Shown piece after piece: positions 54,544 through 64,000 of a stretch of 64,000 nt of DNA (position 1 is the first letter of the stretch; every line of letters begins with the position of its first letter). The DNA comes from Leidyana gryllorum EB-2025a (lineage: Eukaryota; Protista; Apicomplexa): positions 187,710 to 251,709 of the forward strand of contig JBLWGC010000224.1 in the NCBI GenBank assembly GCA_048772705.1. Reading direction: 5' to 3'. The translations under genes and the position numbers were made by a program. The notes beneath the pieces are model-generated. The model was not told the origin of the DNA. It searched no databases and was given only the letters and a program-made list of their open reading frames with translations.

Positions 54544-56220
54544 TTATTCGCTGCATTCCTTGAAGGCCCATACTTTAATCTGCCTGAGATGTGAATCTTC
54601 TCCGTTCAACCTGTTAGCGTTAATCCGTATCTGAAGCACCCGTGCTGGACAGAAACACAACGACAGCCGCTTGCAATCTGCCGCGTTAAACTCCTTGGCT
54701 CCGCTTAATTCCCTTCTTATTTGACACGTGGTATCTATCCACTTTGACGCCACCACCTCCCAAAGTGCTACTGGCTCCGGCTTGCTGCCCCCGGACTTGT
54801 CTGAAACGTCGCTTTTGCGATGCATCCGCATCTTCAGAGGAACAAAGCGTCGGGAATGCCTGTGGTGGCTGTGCCTTGGAGTAAAAGTTTCTGACTGCAT
54901 CTCCAGACTGTCGCTATCAGCTCCTTCGGCACTCGGATGTCCGGCACTCGCGTCCACATCATCCGTGAGGACCACAGCAACTTCTTCCATACTATCGTCG
55001 TCGTCGAACGGTAGGCGAGTTCGATCTAAGCCCGGACCCCCAAAGTCTGGAACACGTGTGTGCAAGGGTTCCCCGATCGGGAAGGGCGCGTCTGGCGTCA
55101 GCCCGATACTGGGGTATGAGTGCGAGCTAAAGTCTATCGTAGGTGCCCTAGGATCCGGGCTCCTTTCGCGTGACCTGCCTGGGGCAGGCGTCAGATTATT
55201 CGCTCCTCCAAAGTTCGTTGGCTGTTGGACGGGTGTTCCTGGTTGTGTTTCGTCAGTATCATCGTTGGTGGCTGCAAATGCAGGCGCTTCGTGGGGCGGC
55301 ATCAGAAGAGGTGTGGTATCCGGTGCGTCATTATGCTGATGTCCCAGGTTGAAGTCGCGGAAGATATGTGCGTCTCCCACAAAGGCGCGAGCGAAGTTAT
55401 TGTGCAGGGAGCTTCTGGCAGGGATTGGGGTCGATTCAGGGGAGCGTTCGAAATGGAACCAGGCTGAATCCATGGAGGGTTGTCGGACAGGCGATAGTGC
55501 GGCAGTTTGATTTGCTGTGGGAGTTGTTGAGGTTCGTGAGCGGGTGACGGGGCGCAGATGTCGCATGAAACGGTGAATAGTTCCCGCTGCTCGACGCAAG
55601 CGGGAGTGTAATACCTCTAACTGTCGTTCGCGATGTAAGAAGGAATCAGGATTGAGAAAAGCATCGTGTACAGTGTCAAGGTGTCGGGTAATGGGAGATT
55701 CCTCGCTCAGTCTGCTGCTAGGGGTCATCAGACGAAGACGGCACAATCGATGATACGGAATGTGCCTTTCCATGACGAAATTGGATATGTATGTGACCGG
55801 ATCCAACCAGAGCTGCTGCCAGCCCTCCAAGCGGTCTTGATCGAATCTGACTAGAAAGACTTGTGTCTGATAGGGACATGAAAGATGTGGAAGGGCCCGC
55901 GCACCCGGTCACACACTCACTGTTAAAGAGCTTTTGTCCGGACCCAGTCCAATCTGAAACTCTGTGGGAGTGTATGTTTCGTCGAATTGTGTTTCAACGT
56001 GTATGTCCACTCTCGCTATTCGCTTGGTCTTTGAGAAGTGTGCAGTGACCGTATGCGGAAGCTTGTGATCGGTTTGGCAAAATGTTGTTTCATCTCCATC
56101 CAGAAGCCGAGTCACACCGGCGCTGCTGCGAGCAGAGCTCAGTTCCCACACAGCTTCTTGGGTAACATCTTCGAGGAAAAAATCCTTGACCAACGGGGGG
56201 TTCCACCTTCCAGGGGTCAT
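54544..56220 (-). CDS. APC10: Anaphase-promoting complex subunit 10 (DOC domain) with ~370-aa internal insertion
   Basis: [33 protein letters not shown], then after the insertion [23 protein letters not shown]. Confidence 0.85.
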
Positions 56221-56312
56221 CGTCGCACACGCCGGCACTGCACCCTCCCTACCGGCCGTCCAGCAGGTCGTCTTGTATTTGCTGTTGGAAAAATCATCAA
56301 GGCGACCAGTAA

Positions 56313-59300
56313 CTAATCCATTACCTCCAGTAGATGGGCGCGTCTCTCATCACTTCTAATCAACACTTCATCTTCATGCACTCCTTGCGTGCGAAGTTTG
56401 CGAGCGAACTCTAAAACCTGTGCCTCCGCTTCTCGCATCCTCCCCTTTCGTCTCTTTTCTGTCTCTGTCAATTGTGGTTTCACTGTAGGCCGAGATGTCG
56501 ACGAATCGCCAAACATATCGTCTTCGTCTTCGTCCCCATCGACGGGCTCCATGTTCTGATCGCCCCCAGCGGCAACGGCACTGCTGCCGGCCAGCTGCTG
56601 ACGAGCACTCTGCTCTGCCATCAGAACGTCCGAAATTGAAATAGTGTCATCGGGTATGAGAAAAGTAGAAATCTTTGTAACATTCTCCGGGTCTATGGGG
56701 GTCATGGCTGGGGAAGCCGCCGCAGACATCGCCTGACTTCTTCCTTTATCCTCCACCGTCCCCTTCTCCGCCGTCTGTGGCGGCGGACTCGCCGACCCGC
56801 CGAGGACATCCTCCTCTTGGTGTCCATGAAAGTCCTCCTCGTCAGCCGCCTCCAGGCCGACTGTCGCCGAAACGTTCCCGGCTGGCAGAACTGACTCGCT
56901 CAGAACGTTTTTCCGCTGCGAAGCCAAAGCGTCGTGGCCAACTTCCCGTATCAATCAATAATACTCACGCTGAGTTCCATTTTATGTCGGACATAGGTTG
57001 CCCGAATGATCAAACGTCGGATCAAAACATCAGTGTCTCCAGTGGGGTTCCGCGATGTGCACACACCAAACAAATGGCACAGCTTCTTCAACCCCACCAA
57101 GTCATCTCGAACTTTCAGCCATTGCTATCAAGAAAAAGACGATCACAAAGACGTTATAGACCCCGCATGACTCACCATCAGGTCACGCCGCAGCCACACC
57201 GGAACTCTCCCGAGATCCTCCAATAACCAGTCTTTGGACAAAGGCTCGCCATCACATTGCTGATTCAGTGGTGCCGTGACTGGTGGATCAGCTATTTCCA
57301 AAAGCTGTTCCAGATGACTCTCATCGGCAAAATAGTTTGCCTCCAACCCTTCGAGGAAGTCGATAGAGTAGATCGCCCACGAGTGCCACGCTGAAAGGAC
57401 TGCCACTACACGAGCAGCGAATAATTGGGCCACAACGGGGTGCAGAGACTTGGAAACTGAAACAAACAGCAATGTTTGCAAGATGTGTGCAGAATGCCCC
57501 AAGCATGGAGACACGACACACTTACAGACGTTCAAATGCCTGAATACGTCTGGCAACTGGCGTTCCAGAGTCAGCCGATAGCTCCAAGCTGCATGACGCA
57601 AGGAGAAAGTGTTATGAAGAACATCTGATAAGAGATAAAGCCTTGCGATCTGTGATATCGAAGTTATACATCTTGAGTCAAGAACGATGGTGAGCTTACT
57701 TTGGCCTCCACATCCGATCGCTCATCGTGTATTGCATCAATCAGCATTCTGCTGATAGCTATAGAGCTATCAGCTTTGAGCATACAGAACATCATGGCAG
57801 ATTTGATCGAGGGTCTGGATCTGTTCAGTCTCTGTAATTTCCACTTGAGATCTTCCCGGTCGCCCACAGACAGCGGCTGTCGGCCAGCGCCCACCAGCCC
57901 GGTTGGAATGCCAGCGGCGTCAACCGTTTGAGTGTCGGGCCATAAGGCCAGCACCGCAGCTCTGACATTGGAATGGCGTGTGGACACACACAAATGTGGG
58001 CTTACGAAGTTTCACAAGCCGTTGCAGGTGGCGGTATCCACGTTCTTCCGGCTGGAAATAGCTGAAAGGGGGTGGTGTTCCAGTGCCGGGTGGTTTCCCC
58101 TTGAGCTTCGGACATGACACGCCAGCGGAAATAGTGATACTCAGGGTGATTGGGGTCGCTCAGGAACGCATACTCGGGGTCAGCACCTTTGACTTTGTAG
58201 AGAGTCGCTTCAAAAGAAGCACCGTTCTGGTAGAAAAGCGGGGTGTGGTGTGGTAGTCGGACCATTGCTCTCACCTCTGCCACATATTTGGCCACCAGAT
58301 CAATTTGCACTCGTCGATAGCGATTTGCGGGTACTGCGATACGGATGGTTTTCACGTCCTGTTGAGGAGTGTCTGAAGCGACGTCCTTTTGGGCAGAAGC
58401 CGTGTCAACGAGATAAGACTGTGTGTCCCCAACTTCCACTTTACCACCAAAGTCATCGAAACCTCGATCACGAATCCGGGCCATTGTCGCGGAGGCCTCA
58501 GCAGAGGAGTTGGGTGCACCGCCTGAGGTTCTCGGCAGCGCTTTGCCCCATCTGTGTGTGCGTGTGTATACATGGGATGAGAGTGTGTATGTGGAGTTTA
58601 CCCTATTTTCATTGGCATTCCACCGATTTCTTTGCCATCGAGAGCGTCCTTTGCCTGTTGCGCTTCCGCGCGTCTTATGAAGGATACGAAGCCGCAGTGG
58701 CGGCCTCTGAGTTGTTCTTGTGGCGTTCGGGGGTACATGATTTTGACCGAAGATATGGTTCCGAAGCGGCCGAAGGTCTCCAGGAGAGCTGCTTCAGAGA
58801 CAGATGGTGACAAGTTGCCAATGTAGAGATTGGTCGTATCATCAGCTTCGGGTAAATTGAAGTGGGTGTTGCGAATGGCCTCCAAGTCTATTCGCGCTTG
58901 TGTGCGCTCGGCTTCGGTGACATCAGAGGAATTTATCACTGAAACGAGCCGTCGTCTCTGTTCCACGAGTGATTGACGCTGGCGTATCTCCTTCAACACG
59001 CTGTCAATCTCTCGCGGTCCTCCCGGAGGCTTCGCGCTTATGGTGGTGGCGGTGGAGGAGGGCGGCGGCGGTTCCTCGAGCTCCTGCATGATATCATCAG
59101 CAGCTGTTGTGGACGACCCCCAGTGTAGTTTCTGCGGGCGAGGAGGATTGAGAGGACCTGTTGGGTGGACTGACTGACTGACCTTTTGCGGAGGAAGAAT
59201 TGGGGCGGTGTCATTTAGAGTTGTTTCGTTGGTGGTTATGAGGGGGGCACCAGTGCCCGCTAAGTAGTTAAACAAGGTGTGCTCAACATTAGAACAGAGA

Positions 59301-59504
59301 GAGAGTTCTTGGCGAAGAACGGCCAAAGACCCTCACCTCGTACAAAGGGTTGAGACTGCAGATGGTCTTCCGCATCGAATGATTTCAGCAATTCCATATA
59401 CGCATCCTGTAATCAGAACGTCAATCCCATCTCGTATACGTAAGGACCTCAGAAGCAGCCGATGTTAAGCCATTCTCATCGGAAGGCAGCTTTCGCTTAG
59501 TCAT
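56313..59504 (-). CDS. U2SURP: U2 snRNP-associated SURP motif protein (RRM-SURP-CID-cwf21)
   Basis: TTNLYIGNLSP..FGTISSVKIMYPRT..CGFVSF RRM. IDLVAKYVA..GASFE..YFRWR SURP. SIKSAMMFC..DVLHN..YRLTLE CID. MREAEAQVLEFARKL cwf21. Confidence 0.93.
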
Positions 59505-59530
59505 CTCGGTGGAAAAATATACAAAAACCC

Positions 59531-61750
59531 ATGCAAGGGCTCAAGCTAAGGCAGCTCTCAGCTGCCCTTGTCATTGCTTGTGTCATCACACTCACAGGCA
59601 CCATACTCTTTTCAGTTCAACAGGGTGTCTTCTTCCCCTTTAAGTGGACCGCAGACTATCAGAGGGTAACTAAGATCACCACACTTTTGTCCCAGATTCT
59701 TTCAGCAAGATTACGGCATAACTATTGATGCCGGAAGTCATGGCACCCGCGCCCATCTCTACAAATGGGCCGGCCGAGTCGAAGACCCCTCCCACCCCCT
59801 CCAAAGTATGTACCTCAACTCTCCGCCCCACATTGCCTCAGGTCCCGTGACTATCCCAACCGAAGTTGCCACCGTTGCCCCGCCCGAGGCCGTTGGCGTC
59901 GCTGACTATTTGGATATCCCCTCCCTCGTTGGCGACAACGTTCTCAAACCCATCGTCCAGGGTCTCCAAGACCACTTATTACAGCTGGGCGTACCCCCAG
60001 CTGAATGGCACAAAATTAGACTCTTCTTCAAAGCGACAGCCGGATTACGCAACACTGACGCTGACGCTCGCGATGCTCTCATGGACCATATCCGATCGTG
60101 GCTTCGCGACCCCCAAAACTCTCCCTTCTACTTTGAGTTCCCCTGGGCGCGCGTCATCTCGGGAGAAGAAGAAGGCACCTTTGGCTGGATATCAGTCAAC
60201 AATATCGCCGGCACTATCCTCTCTCCAGCCAACGGGACTATTGGGGCCCTCGATCTCGGTGGAGCCTCGGCACAAATGACCTTCATGCCTACACACACTT
60301 CTGTACTCGAAGACTACTATGAGCTCCAACTTGGACCCAACCCCGTCAGACTCTATAGCCACTCATTTCTCGGCTACGGATGGGAGGACGCCCTCTCACG
60401 CCTCACTAGCCGCCTCGGACTCGAAACTATCTTCTCCATGTTAAGTCAGGACCCCAACCTCATTGGAGTCCCTCTCAACAGCGCCGACGTCCCACAAGAG
60501 ATAGAGGCTGACAATGTACCCAACATCGCTATCGACACCAAAAAACACGATCCCGAAGGAGCTGAACAAGTCGCCATTGTCGCTGCAGAACACCCCTGCT
60601 TCCCCATAGGATATAAATATACATACGACCTTCCAGATGCTGTCTATCCGGATGGAAGATCATTCCTCGATCTCGATATGAAAGCAGTCCTCGCCTATAT
60701 GGCCGCCGCTGGCATCGACCTCACCTCCCCCATCATTCAACGACACGTCCCACCACAAATATATCAAGCTGCACTCTCCACACCATTCTTCGACTACCCA
60801 AATCTCGAAACAGTCGCACGCCAGCAGAGTGCCGCTCGCAGCCCCAAACATAACTACTCCGCCCCCGCACCAGCGGAATTGTCGCCCTTCCAGCCCTGGG
60901 CTGAACCTCTCCCCCGGGCCCAGATCCGATACAGAATCCATTTCAAAGGAACCGGAGACTTCTATGCTTGCCAAGAAAAGGCCAAAAGGTAAACTCAACT
61001 CCACCATCACCTCCAACCATCTCTCCCGCAGTCTATTCTATCAAGAGCCCTGTTTCCTCAACACCTGCTCCTTCAATGGCATCTACCAACCGAGAATCGC
61101 TGAAAGCCGGTGAGATCCGACCCTTGTGCAAACCCTTCGACCTCTTCTTCCTCAGCTTTCTGGCCCTCGGACAATTCAGCAAAGTCAGAAACGCCCTTCA
61201 AATCCCAACTTCGGCCACTCCCAATACACTGGAGAAAGCGGCTGCGAAAGTTTGTGGAATGGAATGGACAGACGTGCAAGAGCTGCAGAGTCAAGGGGCA
61301 TTTGCGCCTTACGGAAAGGTGATCATCATCCACCACCTTCCTTAACACTTCTATTCTACAGGGAGGAGTTGCCAAGTTGTGCTGGAAAGCTCTGTGGGCA
61401 CATAGCATCCTCACACACGGTTACGGACTGGACGGAGAGTCACGAGCTGTCACCTTCTGGACACCCCCCAATGGAGACTTCAGCGAAGCGCCAGGATGGG
61501 CTTTTGGATCAATGGTAGCTGAGATCAGCTACTTCCCGTGGCAGAATACCAGAGGCCGCTTTGTTGCCCCTTATTGGTGGGCGCTCTCGGCTATCATAAC
61601 CCTTGTAGCCCTCGGACTCCTACAACAGAAAAGAGTGAGCTCATCAAAACTATTTCGTCAATATTCGATCTTCAGATCGACAACTATAGGGGCAAATTAG
61701 CCTTCTTGAAGGTCAATCGCAGTGATATATATGAAGAAATAGTCGCATGA
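59531..61750 (+). CDS. GDA1/CD39-family NTPDase (apyrase) with N- and C-terminal TM helices
   Basis: Apyrase conserved regions IDAGSHGTR, ATAGLR, ISGEEEG.FGW, DLGGASAQ, WAFG, plus C..NTCSFNGIYQP. Hydrophobic termini. Confidence 0.93.
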
Positions 61751-61814
61751 GCTCCTTCATGATGCACCCTTGTGCATTTTAACTGACTTGCACCGTTCAT
61801 CATCGTGTATGCCT

Positions 61815-64000
61815 TCAGGGCTTAAAAAGAGGGGACAAAGAGGCCAAGGGCCGGAAGTCTCTAAGAACTGGATGCCCGGAGTCAGTATACCGAGCTGTGG
61901 AAGGCAGAGACCGACCAAACGCACCCTTCTTGCGCTCCAGGTATTCGATAATCTCTGCTGAAGAAGGCTCGTGGGGTAACTTGAGCTTGTTCAAAGATGT
62001 CCACATGCCGCGCTGGGGTGAGCCGAACGGGGCTGACATTCCTTCGAGCATGGGAGTAGCGGATGCCTCCGCAGCTTCCACGGATTCTACAACTTCCGCT
62101 TCCACTTGGGTCGGATGTGGATCCGTTGGTCCGTCATCGTCTGCTGCGCTCACGGATGCAAGATCCTGAAGTTCCTTGCTTGAGAGTGCTTGATTTGCTG
62201 CGTCAGGCAGAATGAGCAGAGAAGTGGTGGGAGCTGGAGTGGTCGAGGTTTGGCGTGCAGACTCGAGGTCTACCGCATCACCGCCGAGAAGAGGATCTCC
62301 GATCACATACAACGGTTTGTCGCCTATAGGCAACTTCACTGGCCGTCTTTGCGAGCTTGGCTTTGGGAGAAGAAGGTCTTTCGGCTCGGGCCGAATTTCT
62401 GCAGAGAAATCAGTCACATCTATGTCCACGATGTCAACAGGTTTCATCAGGTGGTCCAGGACGTTTTCAAAGTCAGCAATCCGGTGCGCTGTTTTGGTGG
62501 TACTAACCATTGATGGAACAGTTCGCTGCACACCACTCGTGCTGGCAGGGGAAGTGGAAGGAATCTGTGTGGTGCGCGACGTGGATGTTGTGGCGGTACG
62601 GGTTCTGGGGTGTCTGGTGGTGTGGAGTCTAGTGGTGGTGGGGTTGGTACTAGCTCTGGTTGTGGTCGTGGTGGGAGTGGTGGTTGGCTGAGTCGTCAGT
62701 TCTGTTGTACTTTCGCTGGCAGCCACAGTGGAAGGCTCTGTGCTGGAGGCATCCGTGGTGGAAGACTCTGTGCTGGTAACAGGCTCGCTAGAGAACTCTG
62801 TGGAGCTCGGAAAGTCAGTCACAATGACATCAGGTGTAGTGGTTCCGATGGTAATGTCCAATTCCACATCCCCCCCGGTTGCGAGGTCTTCAATCACTTC
62901 GCTTGGAAGGGTAAATATAGGTTTGTGAGATAGATCCACAATTTCTACCGCGCCCGGGACGCGTCTGAATGGAAGGTAGCGAGTAACAGGCAGAGGAGCA
63001 GCCTTATGGTATAATGCGTCAAAAGGATCCGGTTGCTGGTGGTGGGGACCGGCAACCGTGTAGGGATCAAGGGGCGGAAGAGGCACAGCGATGTCCACTG
63101 GCTTCCGACGGAACGGCATCGCCTTGGGCCTGTCTGCAGGAGAATCGGTAGCCGGCCCTTGGTGGAGGTCCAAGTCAGCGGGGCTGAAAGCCGCCGGCTC
63201 AGCGAAGCTCTCTGTTTGACCTTCCGACTCGGCAACATGATCTTCTTCAGCATTGAAGGATCTCCACTGAAGACGAAGAGCATCTATGACTGACGCGATA
63301 TCTGCCTCAGAAGCTACTTTCTCAGCTGGAGGTCGAAGAGCCTCATCCAAGCTTTTGATGATGGTCTCGGTGTTCACCATTCGGCTCTCAGCAGTCCGGT
63401 GGAAAGGAGTGCGATTAATAGCTCCCTCCAGCTCGGCAGTCTCCTGGTCCAAATTCTGAAAGACTCGGCCACTCGGACTAGGGATCGACATCGAGAATGC
63501 TCTAGCATATGGTACTCTGACACTTTCTGCTTTGTCACTTTCAATTTGACGAACTCCAGGGCTCTCCCACTCGCGGAAGAGCTTGGCCAGAGGGCTGCCG
63601 CTCCACAAGGACTCCGTTTGGGCCGGAATTAGCGAAGCTGACGTGCCCTGCAATAAGGTGGCAGATTCACCATTCATCGCCTCGTCGAAGCCTTCAGCGC
63701 CCCTCGACGCGCCTTCGCGCACTTTCTTCCCAGTCAAAGCCTCTTTCAGACTATTCATCGTATCGCGCAAGGTCTTCTTCTTCTTTGTGGTGATCGCCGG
63801 TAAGTGCGTAACGTTATCTTCACTAGTCGGCTGTGCAGAGCCCTCGTTTTCTTCGCTGCCACCGTTCCCACCGAGTACAGCAACTAATATGGCATCAATC
63901 TGGTCTTCGGTAAGAGGATCCGTGGTTGCAACTGGCAGATCGAGCGTTAGTGTGTTGATAGAAGTGCCGACTTACGCGGTATAAACTTTTGCATCTTCAT
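61815..64000 (-). CDS. Mucin-like Thr/Ser/Pro-rich protein (probably 5'-partial)
   Basis: Open frame from ~63933 to 61815 with TTQPTTTPTTTTTR tract. GTAAGT..CAG intron near 63935-63975. Confidence 0.7.

Noticed and set aside
54660-55770. Idea that the TP-rich APC10 insertion is the missing SF3B1 N-terminus
   Set aside because: No ULM (RWD) motifs or other SF3B1 N-terminal signatures, and it is in the APC10 frame.
1-64000. Alternative genetic code, stop read-through or non-canonical introns
   Set aside because: In the conserved genes I traced, interruptions are explained by canonical GT-AG introns, and TAA, TAG and TGA all serve as terminal stops.
1-64000. rRNA, tRNA, snRNA genes and transposons
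   Set aside because: None recognised by eye. tRNAscan-SE, Infernal and RepeatModeler would be needed to exclude small elements.

Overview
Eukaryotic, very gene-dense protist DNA. Genes are split by short canonical GT-AG introns (mostly ~36-55 nt), intergenic gaps are often under 100 nt, and some genes overlap. Gene content and compaction suggest a gregarine/Cryptosporidium-like apicomplexan (inference). About 30 protein-coding genes can be modelled by hand. Housekeeping genes: SCYL2-like pseudokinase, PP2A B56, diacylglycerol kinase, MA3/PDCD4-like, Sec66, FCP1, RFT1, STEEP1-like, UTP23, UTP12/WDR3, SF3B1, APC10, U2SURP and a CD39-type NTPDase. There are also several orphan, surface and mucin-like proteins. 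The standout is a 9-kb cluster (22.5-31.6 kb) of three bacterial BglX-type GH3 beta-glucosidase genes, each given an N-terminal type-II membrane anchor. Two are intronless, divergently transcribed and catalytically intact. The third has lost the nucleophile and substrate-binding residues but keeps a full-length ORF, so the cluster is a candidate surface-displayed glycan-digesting enzyme plus pseudoenzyme system. Other oddities: a putative HDP1-like HTH factor, APC10 with a ~370-aa insertion, N-terminally truncated SF3B1 starting 19 nt after the APC10 stop, divergent start codons only 18-26 nt apart, and a probable highly divergent ORC5. No rRNA, tRNA, CRISPR or transposon was recognised. Exon boundaries are manual predictions and no database searches were run.
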